Source: an uncultured Lentisphaeraceae bacterium
GTDB taxonomy: Bacteria > Verrucomicrobiota > Kiritimatiellia > RFP12 > UBA1067
Length of the DNA: 64,000 nt
Reading direction: 5' to 3'
Assembly: GCA_964440985.1 (NCBI GenBank)
Contig: CAYTWE010000005.1
Location: 1,206 to 65,205 of the forward strand
This document shows positions 53,676-62,380 of the stretch, in pieces. The position numbers and the translations under genes are program-made. Under the pieces are notes generated by a model. That model searched no databases, was not told where the DNA came from, and was given only the letters and a program-made list of their open reading frames with translations. Every line of letters begins with the position of its first letter. Within the stretch, counting starts at the first letter, position 1.

Positions 53676-55067
53676 ATGAGAAAAGCGTTGATTGCATTAG
53701 CCGCCGTTGCGGCATCTGCGTTGGCGATGGGGGACTATGAGGCGAAATGGGAATCGCTCGACAAGAGGCCGGTGCCGCAGTGGTGGACGGATGCGAAGTT
53801 CGGCATCTTCATCCACTGGGGGCCCTACGCCGTGCCTGCGTACGCGCCCACGCCCGACGGCAAGAAGTTCAATTCCGACCTCTATGCGGAATGGTATCAC
53901 GGCAAGCTTATCGGCAATAACAAGAAGTTTGCCGAACACCATGAAAAGATGTACGGCAAGGCACCGTACGGCAATTTCGCCGCCGAATTCAAGGTCGAGA
54001 ACTTCGACGCGAAGAAGTGGGCCGATCTCTTCAAGCGGGCCGGCGCAAGGTACGTGGTGCTGACGTCGAAGCACCACGACGGCTATGCGCTGTGGCCCAG
54101 TCCGGAGACTCCGTACTACAACTCGGTGATGCTTGGCTCCGGACGTGACATCGCCCGCGAGTTCTGCGACGCCATGCGCGAGGCGGGGCTGAAGCGCGGC
54201 TTCTACTACTCGATGCTCGAATATGCAAACCCGTACTATCCGAGCAGGCGGCACGAGAAGGCCAAGACCGCGCTTTCGATCGAGGAATGGAACGAGCGCA
54301 TGAACCTGCCGCAGCTCAAGGAACTCGCCGACGTCTACGAGGCGGACATAATCTGGCCTGACGGCGAGTGGGATTTCCCGTCCAGCAGGCACTGCTCCGA
54401 AAAGTATCTCGCATGGCTCTTCAACGAATCGAAGGTCAAGGACACGGTGGTCGTGAACGACCGCTGGGGCAACGACAGCCGTGGACGTCATGGCGGACAC
54501 TACACTACGGAGTATCTGCTTGAGGGCTTCAACAACGACGGCGTGAGCGACACGCATCCGTGGGAGGAGTGCCGCGGCATCGGAAACTCCTTCGGCTACA
54601 ACCGCTATGAGACGCCGGACGAGTACATGACACGTGAGCGCTGCATAGAGACGCTTGCATCCTGCGTATCGCGCGGCGGCAACCTGCTTCTCAACATCGG
54701 GCCGACGGCTGACGGTCGCATCCCCGCCATAATGCAGGATCGTCTTCTCGCCATGGGACGCTGGCTTGACGTCAACGGCGAGGCGATATACGCAACCCAG
54801 CGGGGCGGCGTGAACGACCCAGGCGCGAAGGACAGCAAGGTCTACTATACGCGCAAGGGCAACGACCTCTACGCAATCTGCTTCAAGTGGCCGAAGGGTG
54901 AACTCAAGCTCTCCGGGGTGGGGACGGTCAAGGGCGTGTCGCTTCTCGGCTCTCAGGTCGCAATCGGATTCAAGGCCGATGCCGACTCCGTTGCGATCGA
55001 CGCTTCGTCAGTTTCGCCTGCGGATATGCCGTGCGAACTTGCCTGGGTGTTCAAACTCAGCCGATAA
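53676..55067 (+). CDS. GH29 alpha-L-fucosidase, secreted
   Basis: WWTDAKFGIFIHWG, TSKHHDGYALW, IWPDG, VNDRWG, WEECRGIGNSFGYN, GGNLLLNIGP. Confidence 0.92.
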   Translation: MRKALIALAAVAASALAMGDYEAKWESLDKRPVPQWWTDAKFGIFIHWGPYAVPAYAPTPDGKKFNSDLYAEWYHGKLIGNNKKFAEHHEKMYGKAPYGNFAAEFKVENFDAKKWADLFKRAGARYVVLTSKHHDGYALWPSPETPYYNSVMLGSGRDIAREFCDAMREAGLKRGFYYSMLEYANPYYPSRRHEKAKTALSIEEWNERMNLPQLKELADVYEADIIWPDGEWDFPSSRHCSEKYLAWLFNESKVKDTVVVNDRWGNDSRGRHGGHYTTEYLLEGFNNDGVSDTHPWEECRGIGNSFGYNRYETPDEYMTRERCIETLASCVSRGGNLLLNIGPTADGRIPAIMQDRLLAMGRWLDVNGEAIYATQRGGVNDPGAKDSKVYYTRKGNDLYAICFKWPKGELKLSGVGTVKGVSLLGSQVAIGFKADADSVAIDASSVSPADMPCELAWVFKLSR

Positions 55068-55082
55068 GAACTGGAGAAAACC

Positions 55083-56024
55083 ATGAAACACAGCATAGCA
55101 GCGATTGTTTCCGCCGCCGTCATGTGCGCCGGTGCAACAGAAACGAAGTATTCCGTGCAGGTGGCCTGCCATCCCGACGACTTCAGGACGTACGACACCG
55201 AGACGATCCGCGACCGCTTCGCGATGGAGAAGGTGATGGTTTCAGACGAAATCCGCGTCACGTACACGATGTACGACAGGATGGTTTACGGCGGTGCGAT
55301 GCCGGTGAAGTCCGAGCTCTCGCTTGAGCCTTTCCCGGAGCTCAAGGCCGCGCATTTCCTTGACAGGCGCGAACTTGGCGTAATCAACGTCGGCGGAACG
55401 GGCGTTGTGACCGTTGACGGCGAGGAGTACGCCCTTGAGTTCAAGGAGGCGCTTTACGTCGGGTGCGGGAAGAAGGACGTAAAGTTCAAATCGCTTGACG
55501 CAGACCGTCCGGCGAAGTTCTACATCAACTCCGCCCCTGCATACAGGGAATTCGTGACGCAGCGCATTACGTCCGACCAGAACTGCAGGAAGCCGGGCTA
55601 CACGATCGGCAACTACATCAAGGCCGGAAGTCTGGAGGAATCGAACGACCGCGTGATCAACCAGCTCATAGTTGCGCCTGTCCTCCGGAAGAAATCCGGC
55701 GGCGGATGCAACCAGCTTCAGATGGGGCTTACGGAACTCAAGCCCGGAAGCGTGTGGAACACAATGCCGCAGCACACGCACAACCGCCGCATGGAGGTCT
55801 ACTTCTACTTCAACGTTCCCAAGGGACAGGCTATCTGCCATCAGATTGGCAAGCCGCAGGAGCAGCGCATCGTGTGGCTCCACAACGAACAGGCTATCGC
55901 CAACCCGGAGTGGAGCGTCCACTCCGCCGCCGGAACGTCGAACTACATGTTCATCTGGGGAATGGCCGGGGAGAACCTCGACTACGGTGACATGGACAAG
56001 ATACCCTGCCTTGAAATGCGCTGA
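55083..56024 (+). CDS. kduI: 5-keto-4-deoxyuronate isomerase with an N-terminal signal-peptide-like extension
   Basis: [78 protein letters not shown]. Confidence 0.92.
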   Translation: MKHSIAAIVSAAVMCAGATETKYSVQVACHPDDFRTYDTETIRDRFAMEKVMVSDEIRVTYTMYDRMVYGGAMPVKSELSLEPFPELKAAHFLDRRELGVINVGGTGVVTVDGEEYALEFKEALYVGCGKKDVKFKSLDADRPAKFYINSAPAYREFVTQRITSDQNCRKPGYTIGNYIKAGSLEESNDRVINQLIVAPVLRKKSGGGCNQLQMGLTELKPGSVWNTMPQHTHNRRMEVYFYFNVPKGQAICHQIGKPQEQRIVWLHNEQAIANPEWSVHSAAGTSNYMFIWGMAGENLDYGDMDKIPCLEMR

Positions 56025-56071
56025 TGAAGCGCCCATCGGTTGGCCGACATAGCACAGATTGAAGTGAAACC

Positions 56072-57652
56072 ATGATTAAGACCGTACTTCTCGTTCTGTA
56101 TTTTGCGACGATGCTTGCCATCGGGTTCGCCTGCCGGAAACGGGCGAAGAACGTTTCAGGTTTTGTGCTTGGAGGCCGCACCGTCGGGCCGTGGCTGACT
56201 GCGTTTGCGTACGGTACGTCCTACTTTTCCGCTGTCGTGTTCGTTGGATATGCCGGCCAGTTCGGGTGGCGGTACGGCATATCCGCGACATGGGCGGGAA
56301 TCGGAAATGCGCTGATAGGTTCTCTTCTCGCCTGGGCGGTGCTTGGACGCCGCACCCGCATCATGACGCAGCATCTTGATTCGGCGACAATGCCGGACTT
56401 CTTCGAGAAGAGATTCGGTAGCCCTGCGTTGAAGATTGCCGCCGCGACGATCATATTCATCTTTCTGATACCGTACACCGCATCGCTGTACAATGGCCTC
56501 TCGCGTCTGTTCGGCATGGCGTTCTCGATAGACTATGCGTGGTGCATCGTCCTGATGTCCGTGCTTACCGCGATATACGTGATCGCCGGCGGATACATGG
56601 CGACGGCCATCAACGATTTCATACAGGGTATCGTGATGCTCGTGGGCATATCGGCGGTCATATGGGCTACGCTCGAGACGAAGGGCGGGCTTCTCGCCTC
56701 GCTTGACGGCTTGGCCCGCGTTCCCGGCCCGGCGATCGTCCCCGGCGGTGAAGCGACGCCCGGCATATTTACGTCCTTCCTCGGCCCGGAACCGCTTAAC
56801 CTCCTGTTTGTGGTGCTGCTCACATCGCTCGGCACATGGGGGCTTCCGCAGATGGTGCAGAAGTTCTACGCCATCACGAACGAAGGCGCCATAAAGAAGG
56901 GTACTGTCATCTCAACGCTCTTCGCATTCGTCGTTGCCGGCGGATGCTATTTTCTTGGCGGGTTCGGACGTCTCTTCACCGATGTTCTCGATGTTGGGGC
57001 GAACGGGCTGCCGGCGGGCGGGTTCGACGCAATCGTCCCGAAGATGCTTGAAGGCCTCTCGCCGCTCCTCCTTGCGCTTGTCGTGGTGCTTGTGCTGTCG
57101 GCATCGATGAGTACGCTCTCTTCGCTCGTGATGACATCCTCATCCACATTCACCATGGACTTCATCAACGGTCTCAAGAAGCGCAAGATGAGCGACTCCG
57201 GACAGGTGCTCTGCATCCGTCTTCTTGTTGTCGTATTCATCGCCATCTCCGGCGGCCTTGCCCTTGTTCAGTACAAGAGCAGCAGTCCGATAGCGTTCAT
57301 CGCGCAGATGATGGGCGTGTCGTGGGGTGCGATGGCCGGTGCGTTTCTTGCGCCGTTTCTGTATGCGCTCTACTCGAAGCGCGTGACGGCGGCATCCTGC
57401 TGGACGTGCTTCATTGCGGCCCCGGTGTTCACGCTCGTGTGCGTGTTCTGCAACGACTCCATGCCTCAGGTTCTCAAGTCTCCGATCAACACAGGCGCAA
57501 TCGCGATGCTCGCCGGACTTGTGATCGTTCCGGTCGTCAACCTGTTCACCCGGAGGCCTCCCAGCGACATTGTGGATGGCTCATTCGCCTGCTATGACAG
57601 GACGACGGTCGTTCCGCAGTCCACTGCCCTCGGTGCAACGACCGAGAAATGA
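56072..57652 (+). CDS. Sodium:solute symporter (SSS family)
   Basis: FVLGGRTVGPW..AF..GTSYFSAV.FVG, GGYMATAINDFIQG, WGLPQMV.KFY, SASMSTLSS. Confidence 0.9.
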   Translation: MIKTVLLVLYFATMLAIGFACRKRAKNVSGFVLGGRTVGPWLTAFAYGTSYFSAVVFVGYAGQFGWRYGISATWAGIGNALIGSLLAWAVLGRRTRIMTQHLDSATMPDFFEKRFGSPALKIAAATIIFIFLIPYTASLYNGLSRLFGMAFSIDYAWCIVLMSVLTAIYVIAGGYMATAINDFIQGIVMLVGISAVIWATLETKGGLLASLDGLARVPGPAIVPGGEATPGIFTSFLGPEPLNLLFVVLLTSLGTWGLPQMVQKFYAITNEGAIKKGTVISTLFAFVVAGGCYFLGGFGRLFTDVLDVGANGLPAGGFDAIVPKMLEGLSPLLLALVVVLVLSASMSTLSSLVMTSSSTFTMDFINGLKKRKMSDSGQVLCIRLLVVVFIAISGGLALVQYKSSSPIAFIAQMMGVSWGAMAGAFLAPFLYALYSKRVTAASCWTCFIAAPVFTLVCVFCNDSMPQVLKSPINTGAIAMLAGLVIVPVVNLFTRRPPSDIVDGSFACYDRTTVVPQSTALGATTEK

Positions 57653-57675
57653 ATTTAAGCCAAAGGAGCCACCAC

Positions 57676-60288
57676 ATGAAATTGAAGACAGCGCTGACGC
57701 TTGCCTGTACCGCTTTTGCCGTCAGGACGCTCTGCGCGGCGGCATCGGTCGCTGAAACGACCATCGAACTGCCCACATATCCATTTTCGGATCCCGACCC
57801 TGTGCCGGCGACAGGAAAAAGCAACTATCCGTACTTTTTCTTTGACGGCACGAGCGACACGAACGTAATGAAGAGATGGAAGGCCGTCATTCTCGAGAAC
57901 GAGAAGATAAAGGTGACGATACTGCCTGAGATAGGCGGCAAGATATGGGGTGCGATCGATAAGGCCACCGGAAACGAGTTCATATACTTCAACCATTCCG
58001 TGAAGTTCCGCAACATCGCGAGACGTGGCCCCTGGTGCTCCGGCGGCATCGAGTTCAACTTCGGCATCATCGGGCACGCCCCCTCGACTTCAACTCCGGT
58101 TTCCTACTTCTGCCGCACAAATTCGGACGGAAGCGTGAGCTACTTCTGCTCCGACACGGAGCTTATCTGCCGCACCACATGGCAGGTTGAGGTGAATCTT
58201 CCGCCGGACGCCGACCACTTTGTCACCCGCACGGTGTGGTTCAACGGCTCGAACTTCTCGGCGCCGTACTATCAGTGGATGAACGCTGCGTATTCCGTTC
58301 GTGGAGATCCGCAGTTCTTCTTCCCTGGAAAGTCCTACATAGGACACGGCGGCGATTCACACCGGTGGCCGGTGGATGCGGACGGCAACGACCTCTCGCG
58401 CTTTTCCGGAAACGCCTTTGGCGGTCCGAAATCTGAACACGTCCTCGACGGCGACAATTCGCTTTACGGCATATGGTGGCCGGAAAAGAAGTTCGGCTCG
58501 ATCCACACAAACCACATCACGCAGAAGTACGGACGCAAGGTGTGGCTGTGGGCGCAGTCCCGCGACGGAGAGATATGGGAGGATCTTCTGACCGACGGCG
58601 ACGGACAGTATACGGAACTTCAGTCCGGACGGTGCTTCAACCAGCCGGCCGATACGCACAAGACGCCGTTCAAGCATACGGCTTTTGCCCCTGGCGCAAC
58701 GGATACGTTCGAGGAGACGTGGGGCGTTGTGCGCGAACGCACTGTGTTTGATAACCTTTGCCGCGAGACGAATTTCGTTATGCGTCCGCAGACGATGCCC
58801 GCCGATTTCAACTGGGACACCGCATACGGACACTTCATCAAGGGTGAACAGCTGATCCGTCGCCGCCTTGACGCGGATGGCGAGAGGGAACTGAAGGAAT
58901 CGCTCAGGATCGAGCCGTATTATGTTCCGGCGCTTGGGGCTCTTGCATCACTTGCCGTCCGTCGCGGCCTGTACGGCGAGGCGCACAGGTACGCGAATGT
59001 CGCCCTTTCGGTGGACACCTACGATTCCGCCGCAAACTATGCCGACGGTCAGGCATATTTCGCTGAGGGTGAACTTCGCAAGGCCAAGGAGAGGCTTGGT
59101 CTTGCAGCCTACTCCCCGCTGTTCCGCACTGCGGCGTTCGCGCTTGTCGCAAAAATTGAGCTGCGCGAAGGGAACTGGAACGCAGCAAGGTCGATGGCCG
59201 ACAACGCGCTGCTTGCGAACGGACTCAACCTCGATGCGCATCTCGTGAAGATTGTTGCAGCCCGCAAGGCAGGAATTGTTGCGGAGTCAGCCGCAGAGGC
59301 ACGTCGCATACTTGAGCGCGTTCCGCTGTTCCATGCCGCACGGCATGAACTGAATCTTTCCGATTCTTCGTCCGAGCCGTTTGAAAAATATGTGCGCGGC
59401 GAGTTCCCGTACCAGGACTATCTTGAAATCGGCACATGGTATGAGGAGGCAGGTCTTGACGTTGAGGCCGAGAGGTTCTTCCGCTTGGCGGCGACAAACC
59501 AGGTCGGCGGAATCCGTCTTGCGTTTCTGCTGAACCGCACCGGCCGGACGTCGGAGGCGGCAAAGGTTCTCGATGGCGTTGTCGGCAGAAGGGTTGATTT
59601 CGGCCTTCCGTTCAGGCGCGAATCCCTCCCCTCGCTTTTGTGGGCGGCGGGCGTCCGCAGTGAATGGAAGTTCAGGTACTATGCTGCTGTCGGGCTTGCC
59701 GCAAATGCGCAGGGCGAACGTGCAAACGAACTGCTTGCATCGTGCGGGAACGATCCCGACGAGGAGACGTTCTATCTGTACAGGGCGTCGCGCATGAATG
59801 GTGAAAGCCGTCTTGCGGATTTGCGCAAAGCGGCGTCCCTGCAGAACTCCTGGCGCACCGGATATGCCATATACCGCCATTTTGCGGATGACGGCAAATG
59901 GGAACAGGCGCTGACCGAAATCGAGCCGTATGCAAAACGGCTTCCGGACGTAAATCTCATCAAACTGTCGTATGGAACTGCGCTCGCGAAGAGCGGACGG
60001 TACCGCAAGGCGATAGCCTACCTTGAGAGTGTGACAATCCTGCCGTCCGAACATGGCGACAACGCGCTTTCGGCGTGGGTCTACGCCTGTCGCGGCGTTG
60101 CGCTCGAAGCGCTTTCGGGCGGCGACCGTCCGGCGGCGAGGGTTGCCGTCGCGAAGGCGCTTTCCTATCCGGAGAACCTTGGATGCGGCAAGCCGTACGA
60201 TCTGCCGCCACGCGGAACGCCGGAGCGTCCCGGACTGCTTGACGACTGGCCGGAGGCGCTTCGCGACCTCATCGAATGGAAGCGATGA
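57676..60288 (+). CDS. Secreted DUF5107-domain TPR protein
   Basis: LPTYPFSDPDP, YPYFFFDG, LENEKIKVTILPEIGGK, WCSGGIEFNF, YYQWMNAA, ELQSGR; TPR-rich C-terminal half; SD AAAGGAG. Confidence 0.8.
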   Translation: MKLKTALTLACTAFAVRTLCAAASVAETTIELPTYPFSDPDPVPATGKSNYPYFFFDGTSDTNVMKRWKAVILENEKIKVTILPEIGGKIWGAIDKATGNEFIYFNHSVKFRNIARRGPWCSGGIEFNFGIIGHAPSTSTPVSYFCRTNSDGSVSYFCSDTELICRTTWQVEVNLPPDADHFVTRTVWFNGSNFSAPYYQWMNAAYSVRGDPQFFFPGKSYIGHGGDSHRWPVDADGNDLSRFSGNAFGGPKSEHVLDGDNSLYGIWWPEKKFGSIHTNHITQKYGRKVWLWAQSRDGEIWEDLLTDGDGQYTELQSGRCFNQPADTHKTPFKHTAFAPGATDTFEETWGVVRERTVFDNLCRETNFVMRPQTMPADFNWDTAYGHFIKGEQLIRRRLDADGERELKESLRIEPYYVPALGALASLAVRRGLYGEAHRYANVALSVDTYDSAANYADGQAYFAEGELRKAKERLGLAAYSPLFRTAAFALVAKIELREGNWNAARSMADNALLANGLNLDAHLVKIVAARKAGIVAESAAEARRILERVPLFHAARHELNLSDSSSEPFEKYVRGEFPYQDYLEIGTWYEEAGLDVEAERFFRLAATNQVGGIRLAFLLNRTGRTSEAAKVLDGVVGRRVDFGLPFRRESLPSLLWAAGVRSEWKFRYYAAVGLAANAQGERANELLASCGNDPDEETFYLYRASRMNGESRLADLRKAASLQNSWRTGYAIYRHFADDGKWEQALTEIEPYAKRLPDVNLIKLSYGTALAKSGRYRKAIAYLESVTILPSEHGDNALSAWVYACRGVALEALSGGDRPAARVAVAKALSYPENLGCGKPYDLPPRGTPERPGLLDDWPEALRDLIEWKR

Positions 60289-61790
60289 TTCCACGGTTGG
60301 CCATGCTGGCGGCTGCCGCCCTTGCTTCGGCGTTCGCCTGCGGAGAATCGGGTGCGGAACGGTCAGTGTATCGCCGTCCGTTCGGGCGGGTGGCGAGCAT
60401 GGATCCGATTCGTGCCGCCGATGTGCTGAGCGCAGAGGCTGTCGCCCTCGTATACGAGCCGCTTCTTGAGGTTGACTATGTGGCGCGACCGTACAGGCTC
60501 AAGCCGTGCGTGTGCGAGATGCCGGACGTCAGCGACGACGGAACCGTATACACATTCAAAATCATCGATGGACTTAAGTTCCGCAATGGGCAACCGGTCA
60601 CGTCAAAGGACGTGAAACGCGGCCTCGACCGTCTCATGGACAAGTCCAACGCCAGTCCGGGGATGTGGATAATGGACGGCGTAAAGTCCGTTGAGACAGT
60701 CGGAGACGACGCAGTTCGGATTACGCTCAAAAAGCCGCTTCATGTGTTCAAATGGCTCATGGCGATGCCATACACCGGGGTTGTGGCGGAGGACGGCTCC
60801 GGCTCCGGGGCATATTGGCTGAAGAGTTGGCGCAAAAACCACGAGATGGTGTTTTGGCGGAATGAATCGTACCGTGATGAGGTTGCGATAGACGAGATAC
60901 GTCTGCCGGTCGTGGATGACGTATCCACGCAATGGCTGATGTTCCTTGGCGGCGAGCTTGACTATCTTGGTAGCGTGTCTCGAGACAATTGGGATGCGGT
61001 TGTCGGAAAGGACGGCGAACTTCTTCCGCAACTCAAGGAGAAGGGGATGACGCTCATGGGCGCATCGTCTCTTACGGTGTTCTACGTTGGATTCAACATG
61101 AACGATCCGGTGGTCGGCAAAAACAGGAAACTCCGTCAGGCGCTGAACTGCGCGTTCGATTTCCCTGCATGGAAGCGCTTTCTGAACAATCGCGTGATGC
61201 CGAGTGACGGGCCGTTGCCGCCTGGGATAGAAGGGCGGCTCGAAACGCCGTTCGAATATTCGTACGACGAGGCGAAGGCCAAAAAACTGCTTGCCGAGGC
61301 CGGCTATCCCGGCGGAGCAGACCCGAAGACCGGGCGCCGTCTTCACCTTGAGATATCGATAGGCCGCGCAACCCAGGATGCGCGGGAGATGGCGGAGCTG
61401 ATGGCGGCGTTCTATGACCGGATCGGAATTGAGCTTGAAGCGAGATACATGACGTGGGATGCGTTCCTCACAGCCGTGAATGAAGGCCGTACGCAGATGT
61501 TCAACCTCGGATGGATCGGCGACTATCCCGATCCGGAGAACTTTCTGCAGATGTTCCATTCCAAAAACGTATCGCCGGGGGCGAACCACGGAATGTACGT
61601 GAATCCGGAGTTCGACAGGGCATTCGACGCATTGGACTGGAAGACGGCTCAGGAGATCGTCCGAGAGGACTGTCCGTGGATATTCCTTCATTCACCCAAG
61701 GTGTATTCGCTTGTCTGGAATCGGGTGAAGAACTATGTTCCGACCGACTTCACGTACGGAATCGAGAAGCATCTGCGCATTTCAAGATAG
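60285..61790 (+). CDS. ABC transporter substrate-binding protein, family 5 (peptide/oligosaccharide), probable lipoprotein
   Basis: LASAFA-C lipobox-like motif; SMDP, YEPLL, GFNM, LRQALN, WIGDYPDPENFL; no permease genes adjacent. Confidence 0.85.
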   Translation: MIPRLAMLAAAALASAFACGESGAERSVYRRPFGRVASMDPIRAADVLSAEAVALVYEPLLEVDYVARPYRLKPCVCEMPDVSDDGTVYTFKIIDGLKFRNGQPVTSKDVKRGLDRLMDKSNASPGMWIMDGVKSVETVGDDAVRITLKKPLHVFKWLMAMPYTGVVAEDGSGSGAYWLKSWRKNHEMVFWRNESYRDEVAIDEIRLPVVDDVSTQWLMFLGGELDYLGSVSRDNWDAVVGKDGELLPQLKEKGMTLMGASSLTVFYVGFNMNDPVVGKNRKLRQALNCAFDFPAWKRFLNNRVMPSDGPLPPGIEGRLETPFEYSYDEAKAKKLLAEAGYPGGADPKTGRRLHLEISIGRATQDAREMAELMAAFYDRIGIELEARYMTWDAFLTAVNEGRTQMFNLGWIGDYPDPENFLQMFHSKNVSPGANHGMYVNPEFDRAFDALDWKTAQEIVREDCPWIFLHSPKVYSLVWNRVKNYVPTDFTYGIEKHLRISR

Positions 61791-61797
61791 TTGGCTG

Positions 61798-61806
61798 TGC
61801 TATAAT
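61798..61806 (+). promoter_or_regulatory. Extended -10 TGCTATAAT, 7 nt upstream of ATG 61814
   Basis: Read directly. Confidence 0.7.
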
Positions 61807-61813
61807 GTGCGGC

Positions 61814-62329
61814 ATGAAGATTGCATTTATCAGTGATGTACACGGCGTACCGTCTACGCTTGAGGCGGCGCTTTCCGCCGCAGACGCGCTTGGCCATGAC
61901 CGGCTCGTGCTGCTTGGGGATCTGCTCTACCACGGTCCGCGCAACGGTGTGCCGAACTTCTACGACCCCGTGAAGGTGGCGAAGCTGCTCAATGCCCGCA
62001 AGGACAGGATAATCGCCGTGCGCGGCAACTGCGACGCAGAGGTCGATCAGATGATGCTTGAATTTCCCCTGATGGGCGACTATGCGGTCGTTGACGCAGG
62101 AACGGAAACGTTCTTTCTGACGCACGGACATATCTGGAACGAATGCAATCTGCCGCCCGCCGGCCTTGGCACCGTGCTTGCGCACGGACACACCCATGTC
62201 CCTGTGCTGAAGCGTCTTGAATGTGGGCTTGTTCTGTTCAACCCCGGCTCAATCTCCCTCCCGAAGGGCGGCAGCGCCCGCAGTTTCGGATACTTCGACG
62301 GCAAGTCGCTTCGCCACGTCCAGATCTGA
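61814..62329 (+). CDS. yfcE: YfcE/MJ0936-family phosphodiesterase
   Basis: SDVHG, LGDLLYHGPRN, RGNCD, THGH, HGHTH, NPGSISLPKGG. Confidence 0.88.
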   Translation: MKIAFISDVHGVPSTLEAALSAADALGHDRLVLLGDLLYHGPRNGVPNFYDPVKVAKLLNARKDRIIAVRGNCDAEVDQMMLEFPLMGDYAVVDAGTETFFLTHGHIWNECNLPPAGLGTVLAHGHTHVPVLKRLECGLVLFNPGSISLPKGGSARSFGYFDGKSLRHVQI

Positions 62330-62380
62330 GCAGGTGCGCCGCTGCAGATCACGTCTGTTGAAAGACGAAAAGGGCGGAGT

